Positions 50,200 through 62,319 of a stretch of DNA of 64,000 bases are shown here, one piece after another. The notes beneath the pieces were generated by a model, which saw nothing but the letters and a program-made list of their open reading frames with translations, ran no database searches and was not told the origin of the DNA. The position numbers were made by a program, and so were the translations under genes. How positions within the stretch are numbered: the stretch's first letter is position 1; every line of letters begins with the position of its first letter. The DNA comes from Octopus sinensis (Eukaryota). Where the stretch lies: the NCBI RefSeq assembly GCF_006345805.1, contig NC_043011.1, forward strand, positions 22,580,464-22,644,463. Direction: 5' to 3'.

Positions 50200-50510
50200 A
50201 TGTTGTTGTTGTTTGTTCCTTCGCGAGCCACGCCTGGCTCATAAGGACCGTTTCCCGGTTTCCTTGGTGTATGGGTTCCCCACCTGGACGGGACGCCGGT
50301 CCGTCGCAGGTGAGCTGCAAGATGCAGGAGGAAAGAGTGAGAGAAAGTTGTGGCGAAAGAATCAGCAGAAGTTCGCCATTACCTTCTACCGGAGCCACGT
50401 GGAGCTTAGGTGTTTCACTCATAAACACACACATCGCCCGGTCTGAGATTCGAACCCGCGATCCCTCGACCGCGAGTCCGCTGCTCTAACCACTAGGCCA
50501 TGTGCCTCCA
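50200..50510 (-). mobile_element. SINE-C, tail type 3 with (AAC)n end
   Basis: Same head/core family; tail gcgacggaccggcgtcccgtccagg...gaaaccgggaaac...gctcgcgaaggaacaaacaacaac. Confidence 0.88.
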
Positions 50511-50857
50511 CAAATTCACATGTATACCATCAATAATCGGTACACTTGATTTTGTGAGTAATTGTTTAAGTGACAATCTGGGTAAGATAGGGTTGTTCTC
50601 TCTATGTTTAGCCCCTTGTGGGCAATAAGATAGGGTTGCCAGAAAATGAAATCAACCAGCCAAGTCACACATTACAAGTACAATGTGAAAATGGAACAGT
50701 AATAATACAAAAATCTTTTTTCAAGTTCAAAATGTGAATTTGTTTTTATTATCTATACTCCAATGATGATCTTTTTGTATCTTTCTTTGAAACCTGCTTT
50801 TTTCTTTACAGGAAGATTTCAAATAACTAAAAATAGAATAGAACATGCATGTGTGTG

Positions 50858-50890
<33 letters not shown>

Positions 50891-52056
50891 GTTCCCCACC
50901 CGCTTGACAACCGGTGTTGGTGTGTTTATATCATCGTAACTTATTGCCTGAGCAAAAGTGCTTGATCAAATAAGTACCGGGATTGATTCGTTCGACCAAA
51001 ATTCAAGGTGGCGCCCCAACATGGCCGCAGTCTAATGACTGAAAGAAATAAAAGAAGATAAAAGAATATACACACACACACACACACACGTACAAATATA
51101 AACGTATGTTGTTCGTATTATATACATTTATCTTCGGTTCTACAGAGAAAATAAAAATTGAGAAGTGGTTACGTACACATGTATACAAACTTAAGCAAAC
51201 AGCATATCCCTATTATATGCGCCAATTAGGTAGCCATATTTGTATTGTTTGTGCAGTTGTCTATACACAATCTCTCTCTCTCTCTCTCTCTCTCACGCAC
51301 ATTATATCAATTCATTTTTATTATTCCATATGCAAACGTAAATATACCTCTAAAAATTATCTCTAGTTATTAATTATTGGCAAGCACGTGCCGCAATAGA
51401 AGTACACAACGCGCTCGCTCCTTGCCCACTCTGTTTCCGTCTCTCTTTTCCTCCCTTCATCTCCTTCCCCTTCTTCTACGCCCCTCTCTGTCTCTGTTAT
51501 GATAGTTTACAAAGGCCGAATAAGTTCTATCTTTTTTGAGACTAAATTCATTCTGGAGCTGAACTCATGATATGCAGTAAGAATAATGTCAACCGTAGAA
51601 TACACATTCAGCCTGAGAAGCAATGGCTTTCGTGTATAAAATAGTAATCATTCCCTGAGTTATAGACCGATTTCTATGGATTTTATTAACCACATTTTTT
51701 TTTAAGAAGATGAGGAAAAAATACGGAATAGTTATTGTTTTAGTCGCGGAAAGCACTGCCTACCTTGGGTATCCAGATAACATGCCATTGTACATATGCT
51801 GTGTGAGTGTGTGTGTGTATATGGGCATGCGTAGATGCATACTTCCATCCTAATCGCTAACAATCAATTCATTCACCGATATGCACACAAAGACGCAAAC
51901 AAACATACATGAGCATGTGTGTGTGTGTGTGTGTTTCCCCTTTTGTAGTGCGTTTTTCTTGCGTTTGCTTTCATCATATATATGCAAACACATACATACA
52001 GACACATATACATACATATATAATACATACATACATACATACACAACACACATATA

Positions 52057-52590
52057 TCTCTTATTATAAAAGGCAGATTTTATCTGCCTCCCTTTGTCAG
52101 TTATAGAAATCTACAATATAGGATTTCTTCAATTACAATTTACCTAGCATTTTTAAGAGTAGAATGCATCGGGTCATGCCAGGTCCACTTTTTAAAATTT
52201 CAGCCCCAATTAAGCAAAATTTAGAGAAAACTCACATTGTGGTGTATGAGTCAAATGCTTCTCTTAGTGTGGGATACAGCACACGCAAACGCACACACAG
52301 AGTGTGCAACGAATAAAGTGAAACTAATTCACTTTCTGTAGTGAGTGACTATTTCACTCTACATTCCCACTTCCACTTTGCACACATAGACACGCAAATA
52401 TATAAATAAAATTGTAAGCTAACGTGTGTGTGTGCGTGTGTGTGAGTGTGTGTGTGCGTGTGTCTGTGTGTGTGAGATGCGTGTGTGTGCGTGTGTGCGT
52501 GTGCGTGAGAAAAGGTAAATTGGTTTTTATTTTACTCTGTATATATTTTATTATATAATATTATATATAGATATATGTATATATAATTGC
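52057..52590 (+). mobile_element. Probable Helitron 5' portion
   Basis: A|TCTCTTATTATAAAAGGCAG start resembles the other Helitron 5' ends; no 3' terminus found. Confidence 0.4.
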
Positions 52591-52664
52591 AGTATGAAAC
52601 AGTGTTTATGTATAAACAGACGACACTTATATATAGTTATTAATAAATGTATGCATCCGTTTAA

Positions 52665-52990
52665 CCCTTTCGTTACCAAACCGCCCGAATTTACCTATTC
52701 ATATTTAAATGAGAATATCAGAGTAAATCTCTTTAGTACATTCGTGAAAACACGTATTATACTTCGTAGACACTTCAAATACAGTTTTGTACAAAAATCG
52801 AAGTGTAATTTTAATTCCGTGAATTATGGGAGATTTTTTTCCAAAATTTATTCCTATTGTGTTTTCAAAATTTGTAATTCTGACAAAAAATGGATACGAA
52901 TTTCATTATATCAAGCAGCGAGTCAGAATTCGAAGGATTTTCTACCGAAGACCTTCATAAATCTAACTCTATGACTGAAAAAAAAAAGCA
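52665..52990 (+). mobile_element. piggyBac-like left end
   Basis: TTAA|CCCTTTCGTTACC terminus; downstream short acidic ORF MDTNFIISSSESEFEGFSTEDL. Confidence 0.55.
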
Positions 52991-53022
52991 TCTTTATATA
53001 AGAGTGAAGTTGTGTGTCTGTC
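52991..53022 (+). mobile_element. Helitron H2-like 5' end running into the gap
   Basis: A|TCTTTATATAAGAGTGAAGTTGTGTG resembles the H2 5' end TCTCTCTATATATAAAGCTGAAGTTGT. Confidence 0.5.
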
Positions 53023-53122
53023 NNNNNNNNNNNNNNNNNNNNNNNNNNNNNNNNNNNNNNNNNNNNNNNNNNNNNNNNNNNNNNNNNNNNNNNNNNNNNN
53101 NNNNNNNNNNNNNNNNNNNNNN
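53023..53122. other. Assembly gap (exactly 100 N)
   Basis: Direct inspection; a fixed length of 100 suggests an unsized scaffold join. Confidence 0.99.
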
Positions 53123-53211
53123 TTAGCCAATGACTAATATTTCAATCATTATGGTATGTACAGAAGACAACTTTAGAAGATGCTTAGGCATTGTTACCCC
53201 CGCCCCCTGAG

Positions 53212-53410
53212 GGCGCCAAACTGACAGAATCGTTAGCACACCGGACGAAATGCTTGGCAATGTTTCGCCCGTCGTTACGTTCTCAGTTCAAATTCCGTCG
53301 GGGTCGACTTTGCCTTTCATTCTTCCGGGGTCGATAAATTAAGTACCAGTTGTGTTCTGGGGTCGATGTAATTGACTAGTCCCCTCCCTATAGTAGAAAG
53401 GATTATTAAA
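53212..53410 (+). mobile_element. Older SINE-B
   Basis: ggcgccaaactgacagaatcgttagcac...ggggtcgatgtaattgactag...tagtagaaaggattatt. Confidence 0.8.
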
Positions 53411-54139
53411 CCTCCTCATCAAAGCATAGACTTCACTGCACTTGCTGAAAAAGTGATGAGATAATCACCAAGAAAACTGTAATTGAGTTTGGCATAAAAA
53501 TCATCATATTTTACAGAATATTGTAAGAGAATGTTTAAGAATTCAAGAAAATGTTTAACGCTTCAATATTACGTATTTAATTTTAATTGTTCTTTTACTT
53601 TCTTTTACTTGTTTCAGACAGTGGCCATGCTGGAACATACAAAAAAATATCTGTTCTAATACTCTATTTATTAATTCCAAATGCTTTCAGCATTTGGAAA
53701 TTGGTTCCTAAATGCTGTCCGCTTATGATTTGCCTCAGCTGTTCAAATGCAATTTGAATTGAAAGTGTTAAAAATTTAAAATGACCTTCAACAATCACAT
53801 TTTCTAATAATTCCTTCTAAATAAAACGTTGATTAATAATAGAACAAGGAAATCAGAAAGCTCACTGCATAAAGAAACGATGTTTTGAAGGTTCACAGAA
53901 ACCTAAAATCAGATTGCGAAGTCAGTGAGATCGGATACGTTCGTATGCCGTGGGAAGAAGAGGAGTCTTTGTACAAATAATCGATGATGCCATGCTCTGT
54001 TTTCAGTTAAAGACAAAGTACGATCCGTGAGATTTCCCGAATGGTATGTCTAACAAAAACTTTTTTTAGTAGTGCGGCCTGCCAAATGATGGACCATATC
54101 TCATTGCGGCCCGTTTCTTCAAAAAAGTTGCCCATACCT

Positions 54140-54369
54140 ATTTCTTTACTACCCACAAGGGGCTAAACACAGAGGGGACAAACAAGGACAGACAAACGGA
54201 TTAAGTCGATTATCGACCCCAGTGCGCAATCTGTATTTAATTTATCGACCCCGGAAGGATGAAAGGCAAAGTCGACCTCGGCGGAATTTGAACTCAGAAC
54301 GTAACGGCAGACGAAATACGGCTACGCATTTCGACCGGCGTGCTAACGTTTCTGCCAGCTCGCCGCCTT
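54140..54369 (-). mobile_element. Young SINE-B with a 15-bp TSD
   Basis: TSD aagttgcccatacct at 54125-54139 and 54370-54384, inside a hAT-like terminal sequence. Confidence 0.93.
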
Positions 54370-54983
54370 AAGTTGCCCATACCTGCTCTACTCCAACACA
54401 AGGATTCTTAGTCTTTTGAACTGAATTCGCTTGCTGTCAGCGCTTTTCTGTAATTTTCTTTAAATATCCTTTTACGAGTTCAAAAATAAAATATAGCTGA
54501 ACAATGTGGATTTTAAATGATCTTGTTGTGAGACTCCTACTGAGTTTTGAACCATCGCTCTCAAATTTTCCAAGTTTAGAACCACAACCCACCATACTGC
54601 CATAAAAGGCCTTGATGCCTGTGTCTCAGCTAATCAGCATTGGCTAACTTCTTACGGTTGATACAGTGAACTTCGAATGAAGCGTGCAAGTTTTCCTGCA
54701 AAACAGTTTGATTGAAGGTTCTGGAAATTTTTACTTCTAGTTATTAAAAGTCAGTGAATTCAACCTCGGGGTAAAGAGCCACCCAACAATCCACACAGAG
54801 TTACATCATTTTCTCCGTCTTTTACTTTTTCTTATCATGCTGAGCCGTGTTCAACAAACGGTACCGACTTTGTGTCGTAATGTCGATTCATGTACGTATT
54901 ACTGACATGTAATAGACTAACTCTTACTACTTTTTCCATCTTCAATAACTATGAACTACTTTCATAACATTACCTAGCATATA

Positions 54984-55167
54984 GGCGCAGGAGTGGCTGT
55001 GTGGTAAGTAGCTTGCTTACGAACCATATGGTTCCGGGTTCAGCCCCACTGCGTGGCACCTTGGGCAACTGTCTTCTACTATAGCCTCGGGCCAACCAAA
55101 GCCTTGTGAGTGGATTTGGCAGAAGGAAACTGAAAGAAGCCCGTCGCATATAAGTATATGTATATGG

Positions 55168-55216
<49 letters not shown>

Positions 55217-55400
55217 TTGTGTTTGTTGTCCCCCAACATCGCTTGACAACCGATGCTGGTGTGTTTACGTCCCTGTAACTTAGCAGTTCGGCAAAAGAGA
55301 ACGATAGAATAAGTACTAGGCTTACAAAGAATAATTCCTGGGGTCGATTTGTTCGACTAAAGTCAAATGACTGAAACAAGTAGAAGAGTAAAAAGAGTAA
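54984..55400 (+). mobile_element. SINE-A with a small internal deletion near the 3' end
   Basis: Complete head; gactaaa joins directly to gtcaaatgactg. Confidence 0.9.
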
Positions 55401-56392
55401 TGTTGTATTTACAAACTAGTTTTTTTTTATTTCGTTCGTTATCCCATGAATGTTGTTCCATCAGATCAAATATTTGTACACACATATAAATATAAAAATA
55501 CACGTTAATGAAAATATACGAAGATTCAAAAAAATTTTAGTGCGATCATTCTTGTCTTACGCAGCCTACCTAATACCGGGAAATGCCAACGAAGAATTAA
55601 TGATTAAAACCCGCACAAAAATTTTAATTTCATCATCTGATTGTATTACATTTATTTGGTAACATCAGATATTTTTACATTATTAAAAATACTATTTTAG
55701 CATCATATAATAAATATACGGCTTTACAGAGAGTGACTTTTATATATCATCAATAATATTAATACGCTAACTTTTTTTGTTTTTGTACGACTTGTTGTGT
55801 GCGTCACACTTACTTCAAAGAAGTAAGAGAGAGAGGAGGACAGAGATGAAGTAGGAGAGAGAGAGAAAGTGAGAGTGGGAGAGAAAGAGAGAGTGAGAGA
55901 AAAAGAGAGAGAGTGAAAGAGACAGTGAGTGGTGACGGCGTTCATTTTGAGATTTTAAATGTTTCAGAGAGGAAGTAAGAGAGAAAGAAAGAGAGTGAGA
56001 GAGATAGAGTGAAAGAGACAGTGAGTGGTAAAGGCGTTCGTTTTGTGTTTTTAAATGTTTATCACATCGCAAGAGAAGTAGATACATAGATACATATACA
56101 CATTGTTAAATCAAAAGCGGGAGACAAGAGGGACACAAAGAAGTGAAAGAGAAAGAGAGAAAGTAAGAGAGATAGTAGACACATAAATCCAAAGAAAAGT
56201 TCATACATAGATACATACACACAGCAAATATTGGATGTCAATTTCACTGTTCATTACCACCCGAGGATAAAATTAACTCAGAAATGGCTGAGTACTCCAC
56301 AGACATGCATAACATTAACGTAGTTCTCATGGAGATTCAGCCTCACGCAGAATATGACAAGGCTGGCCCCTTTGAATTACAGCTACAACTCG

Positions 56393-56470
<78 letters not shown>

Positions 56471-57271
56471 AAATGTATTTGTATGTGTGGTGTGAGTGTA
56501 TAGTTTAAGTTAGTTAAAACATGTTTGCAATAATAAGTGTCGCATGGTGGAAATAAATGCAATTACCAAACTTTCATTCATAAATCCATTTATTATTTCG
56601 TTCTTTTGCATTTTAATTTGTACATTAATGTTCTTTGAATATGTACGATGGTTAAATAGTAATTCCGTTTACGTTTGTGTAACTGAGATATTTTGGTTGG
56701 ATTATATAGTCATTGGAGTTATATTACTTTCTATATTCTGTAACTGTCACAATATACTTTTCTAGGCCTGGATATTTTGTGGGGAGGGGTTAGATTATTA
56801 GATCGACCCCTGTACACAACTGATACTTAATTTATCGACCCCGAAAGGACGAAAGGCAAAGTCGATCTCGGCAAAATTTGAACTCAGAACATAAAGACAG
56901 ACGGTCATAATATACAAACATTTCTCATGGCACCTACACTGTTTACAGATGCTTACATTTTTATGTTTTCCGTGAATTCTTCACATATCCAGCTAGTCTA
57001 AATTATAATTATTGAAGTGCGGGACTGTGTCCAGTTTTTTTCCCTGCGTAATTAAAAAAGTCATATTACTTTGAAGAAATTATAAATGAATATTAAAAAA
57101 AATTTAAACTATAAAGTTTATTTGTATATTAAGCATAAATTATAATGCTTAATATTACAAGATTCGCTTGTTTTAAATGTCAACTTCCGTTTGAATTCCA
57201 TATGTAAACAAATAAGTATGTGCTCTTGGAATAAGTGTACTACAAAACTTCAACAATGCAATCTCATGAAT

Positions 57272-57304
<33 letters not shown>

Positions 57305-57502
57305 GAGGCGCAATGGCCTAGTGGTTAGGGCAGCGGACTCGCGGTTTCGATTCCCAGACCGGGCATTGTGAGTGTTTATTGAGCGAAAACACCTAAAGCT
57401 CCACGAAGCTCCGGTGGTGAACCCTGCTGTACTCTTTCACCACAACTCTCTCACTCGTTCTTCCTGTTTATGTTGTACCTGTATTTCAAAGGGCCAGCCT
57501 TG
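57305..57502 (+). mobile_element. SINE-C (tail type 2), 3'-truncated
   Basis: gaggcgcaatggcctagtggttagggcagcggactcgcgg...atttcaaagggccagccttgt. Confidence 0.88.
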
Positions 57503-57884
57503 TATTTTTTTTATTTAAACAAGAATATATTTGTTAAGATATTTCGTATTTTACAAGATTATTTACGTATATTTATTAATTTATCTAATTAATTATTTTA
57601 TTGTTTTTTTCTTTAACCTGAAGAGTGGCTATATTTATATTGAAGTGATATTACTATTATTATTACTATTATCATTTCTTAAATATAGCCACGAAACACG
57701 TGTCGTTATTCTATCAAATATATACGTTTTATTTATTTTTTGCACATTACTAAATCATTGCTATGTTTTATCTTATATTTAATCTTTCTATAATATGTAA
57801 TTTTTCTAAATGGTATAATTTAATTTTTCATTACTGAATTTTTCCCTGTAAGTTTGGAATAATATTCCCTCATATTATTATTAT

Positions 57885-57980
57885 TATTAACTGAGTCATC
57901 ATAAAATTAACTTTCATTTCAATGCAATGTTGAAATCAGCTTCAATGTTTTATAATCTGAACCACCAGTATATATATATA

Positions 57981-58022
<42 letters not shown>

Positions 58023-58139
58023 ATATATATATACTAGACTACCTATGACCCGTTGGGACACTGGTGGTTCAGATTATAAAACATTGAAGCTTGATTTCAA
58101 CATTGCATTGAAATGAAAGTTAATTTTATGATGACTCAG

Positions 58140-58145
<6 letters not shown>
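57885..58145. repeat. Near-perfect 85-bp inverted repeat around (TA)n plus a Helitron H1-type 3' terminus
   Basis: 57885-57969 versus 58060-58145, one indel; minus strand 58060-58034 reads tgtcccaacgggtcataggtagtCTAG|T. Confidence 0.92.
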
Positions 58146-58183
<38 letters not shown>

Positions 58184-58202
58184 ATATAATATATATATAT
58201 AT

Positions 58203-58233
<31 letters not shown>

Positions 58234-58282
58234 ATATACACATATATATATACATATATATATATAATATATATATATATAC

Positions 58283-58337
<55 letters not shown>

Positions 58338-58396
58338 TATATATATATGTATGTATATATACACATATATATATACATATATATATACACATACAT

Positions 58397-58449
<53 letters not shown>

Positions 58450-58567
58450 ATATACACATATATATATACATATATATATATATACACATACATATATATA
58501 TATATATATACATACATAAACATATATATATATATTATATATATATATAAACATATATATATATATT

Positions 58568-58598
<31 letters not shown>

Positions 58599-58630
58599 CA
58601 ATATATATACATACATATATATACACACAC

Positions 58631-58677
<47 letters not shown>

Positions 58678-58730
58678 ATATATATAAACACATATATATA
58701 TGTATATATATATATATATAAACACAGACA

Positions 58731-58762
<32 letters not shown>
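58146..58762. repeat. (TA)n-rich compound microsatellite
   Basis: Direct inspection. Confidence 0.95.
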
Positions 58763-58765
<3 letters not shown>

Positions 58766-59039
58766 GAGGCGTGACTCTTGGTACGTACCCAAAGCATTTA
58801 ATTTTTAAATTTTAGACGATTTAATTGAAGAGGGTAAATACATAACGTGTATTTACCCTCTTTCCATCTTTACAGCTGTATTTCATAAAATTGAAGATCT
58901 TCAGTGCAATAAAATGTGTTATACACATTCATTTGTATATCTTAGGAAATTGTTGTATGCATGCAGCTAACACCACCTATGTGTTACATACATACATACA
59001 TACATACTGTGTGTGTGTGTGTGTGTGTGTTTGCTATGA

Positions 59040-59600
59040 CAGTAAGCTTCGCAAGAACGTCTGGGCGAGGAAAGGTCTCGGCCTTGAAATCAAGTTAAAG
59101 AGCCGTTGTTCTGCCAACTTTGCTACATACTAGTGTGATGCAGACTGTTTACTGCTGGCGTGCCAAGAAGTTTAATTGCATCCACTTGGACTACCTGCGC
59201 AAAATGCTGTGCCTTCGTTGGCGGGACGAAGTCACAAATACTGAGACTCTTAATGGCGTAATGTTGCTCGCCCAGTACCCACACTCTCCTCCTGTACGGT
59301 GCCCAGCTGTGCTGGTCTGGTCACATTGTTAGAACAGTTGATTGTTAGAACGACTTACGAAATATTTTTCATGCTGCGGGTTGTAAGGAAGGTGAAAATC
59401 TTCGGTCAGTCGGCAGAACAAACGCTACAAAGATACCATTGGGCTTTCTCTAAAAGACTTTAGCTTTAATCCAGTCTTGAGAAACCCATGCTTCTTAAAA
59501 AGCCTATATAGCGCAATTTTAAGGAGAGATGTACTTCCGTCTAAGAGTGCCACGAGCACACGGGCTGAACAGAAGAGGGAACTAAGAAAGTGTGGAGAAG
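59040..59600 (+). mobile_element. RTE (BovB-like) LINE 3' remnant
   Basis: LRKNVW.RKGLGLEIKL, VLPTLL, HLDYLRKML.LRW.D.V.NTE.L, WSHIVR, RYKDT.G.SLKDF, AEQKRELRK across frameshifts. Confidence 0.8.
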
Positions 59601-60165
59601 CCGGAGTATTGGCAAAATATGGACTTGTCAACCACTACCCGGACGGACAAACGATATATGTACGCATGCATTTTTGCTTGTGGGTGGTGGTGCATGCGCG
59701 TGTAAATAGACTCCCAATAAATGTGTGTATAGATTTTTTCTTGACACATAAATGGGTAAATGGTAAGAAGCTTGCTCCCCAGCTACATGGTTTACCACTT
59801 CTATAGCGCCACTCCATTTCAGTTTCAGATTTGATAAACGGAGGCAAAGTTTGGAAAATCCTATCAAGGGAAATTACACCAGTGGATGAGATCGGCTTCT
59901 ATTTTTTATTTTTTATTTTTTTAGAACAACAATAAAACATTTATATCCTGTTATTATTCTTATATCCTGTTGGAATGAAAAGTCATTGGAAAAACTGTTA
60001 GAGCGTTGGACAAAACTCTTACGTTATTTGTTCCGGCTCTTTTAAGACCTTAGTTCAAATCCCACCAAAGTCAACGTTGCATGCCATCAGTCCAGATTGG
60101 ATTAAGTGAAATATCGTAATTAATTTAAGACTTCCAGTCTGTGCCAGCATGCATTCATTGATATA

Positions 60166-60395
60166 TATTTCTTTACTACCCACAAGGGGCTAAACACAGA
60201 GGGGACAAACAAGGACAGACAAAGGGATTAAGTCGATTCCATCGACCCCAGTGCGTAACTGGTACTTAATTTATCGACCCCGAAAGGATGAAAGGCAAAG
60301 TCAACCTCGGCGGAATTTGAACTCAGAACGTAACGACAGACGAAATACGGCTACGCGTTTCGCCCGGCGTGCCAACGTTTCTGCCAGCTCGCCGC
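60166..60395 (-). mobile_element. Young SINE-B with a ~15-bp TSD
   Basis: TSD gcattcattgatata at 60151-60165 and 60394-60408. Confidence 0.93.
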
Positions 60396-60874
60396 ATTCA
60401 TTGATATAGTAGAGTAGATTTCATATCCTCGTCCAAAGGCGATGCTCTGAGACAGTAGCACGGTTAGAAGGCGATGGGACGGTCCGTCTTTGGCAACGCT
60501 TTTATAGAGGCAGTACTTTTGGGTCAGCTCTATAAACCTGTATAAGCTTGTGGGGGCCCGCATTCTAGGTATGTCACTGATCTGAGGGCAGATGAAGTGA
60601 CAATATGGAGTGCTGGAGTATACAGCCGTCACAACAACATTGTCTATCGATTTCTAACACCTTATATTTCTGACAACACACTATACGTACGCATTTTATT
60701 ACTCTCACACGTATACACCCCCCCCCCCTAAAAGTGGATCCCTATTTAAAAGGAACGGCACACAAAAAAAAAAAAGAAAAGAAGGAAAAACAATTGGAAT
60801 GCTAGAGAAAAGTCTTGTGGTATTTGGTAACAGTTCTTTGTATTCTGAGTTCAAATCCTGTCAGTCAACTTTGA

Positions 60875-61390
60875 CCTACATTGACGCTGCCGATATCTGA
60901 GCAGGAGAGCAAAAGTTCAAGGCTTCAGGCCTCTGGTCCACCCTGCGCTGCTCTACTGTTACGAGAATTGGACACTGTCCGGAGCCCTTAAGAGCCGGTT
61001 GAACTCCTTTGGTGTCAGGGTGCTTCGCAGGATTATAGCTTACTATTCGTCAGATTTCGTATCCAACCAATGACTATATTCAAAAACCGAGATGCGTCTT
61101 ATTCCTTGCATGATTCGGGAGGGTCAGCTTAAACTGTTTGGTCATGTTGCTCGGTTTTCCAAGTTAGATTATGCGTACCATGTTCTCTTCTCTGAAGATC
61201 CAGCTGAGGATGACAGCTCGCGTTGGTCGACCACATGACTTATGGTCACAGCAAATTAGCAAGAATTTCACGACGATAGGAACTGACTGGGACACTACTC
61301 AGAGGGTCGTTTAGAACGACTTGAGCAGACACCAACAAATGGTGGAAGCAGCAACACGGTGAAACGACGCATGCCCTCATATCTGACCTT
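60875..61390 (+). mobile_element. RTE-clade LINE 3' remnant (another family)
   Basis: RYLSRRAKVQGFRPLVHPALLYCYENWTLSGALKSRLNSFG...QLKLFGHVAR...GRP. Confidence 0.82.
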
Positions 61391-61496
61391 CCCTGCGGAG
61401 TCGATAAAATAAAGTGTCAGTCAAGTATTGAGGTCGATATAATCGGCTATACCCTCCTACCAAAATGTTTCACCTCATGTCAATATTAGAAATTTA

Positions 61497-61715
61497 TAAG
61501 GCAGCGAACTGGCAGAATCGGTAGTGCGTCGGGCAAATTGCTTAGCGGCATTTCGCCCGTTATCACGTTCAGAGTTCAAATTCTGCAGCGGTTGACTTTG
61601 CCTTTTATCTTTCCGGAATCGATTAAATGAATACCAGTAAAGTCATGGGGGCCGATGTAATCAAACTACCCATCTCCCCTAAACCTGCTAGCCTTGTGCC
61701 AAAATTTGAAACCAT
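61497..61715 (+). mobile_element. Older SINE-B
   Basis: aaggcagcgaactggcagaatcgg...ccttgtgccaaaatttgaaacc tail. Confidence 0.8.
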
Positions 61716-61999
61716 AATTACAAATTTATATTGTGTTATTTAAGCATCTAAGATAATATAACAATAATAACGTTCTTATTTGGTGAACTATGATAGACAG
61801 GATATGAATACTTAGTTGCACTCAGTTTCACGGTTTCAGCTTAGTACTTTTCGCAGTCAATTTTTTTTTTTTGTTTTCATTTTTTATATATACAGAAAAA
61901 ATATCAATTCGTCGTTTCGGTTTTCCATCTTCATTTCACTTTAGCGTTACTACGCTAAATCTAGGCTTGTTTCTCTTTCTCTCTCTCTCTCTCTGTATG

Positions 62000-62063
<64 letters not shown>

Positions 62064-62157
62064 GGAGTAAACACATAAATGTGAAACAAGGTGGAAAAAA
62101 AGAGTACTCAATACCAGTGGTAGAGTAATATGCTTTATTTAAAGCAGCAGAAAATTC

Positions 62158-62211
62158 AACAAAATCTGTTACTCTGAGTTTCTCGTTGCCGTTCATCAGA
62201 CAGTTTTTGTT
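62158..62211 (-). ncRNA. Type I hammerhead ribozyme motif (mirror copy)
   Basis: Exact reverse-complement copy of 62242-62295 within the palindrome. Confidence 0.75.
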
Positions 62212-62241
62212 AGAATGGAACCGATATATCGGTTCCATTCT

Positions 62242-62295
62242 AACAAAAACTGTCTGATGAACGGCAACGAGAAACTCAGAGTAACAGATTTTGTT
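62242..62295 (+). ncRNA. Type I hammerhead ribozyme motif
   Basis: AACAAAAACUGU-CUGAUGA-ACG GCAA CGA-GAAACU CAG AGUA^ACAGAUUUUGUU: stem I 11/12 paired, canonical CUGAUGA and GAAA, GUA cleavage triplet; A-A at 10.1-11.1. Confidence 0.75.
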
Positions 62296-62319
62296 GAATT
62301 TTCTGCTGCTTTAAATAAA

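Noticed and set aside
50790-50850. Strong splice-acceptor-like site (tttttctttacag|G at 50811)
   Set aside because: No good donor or coding frame follows; such motifs are expected by chance in AT-rich DNA.
14694-58797. Many long ORFs rich in Y/I/H/T/M/C/V (e.g. 44611-45255, 58126-58797)
   Set aside because: They are translations of (TA)n/(TACA)n/(CA)n microsatellites, which lack stop codons in some frames.
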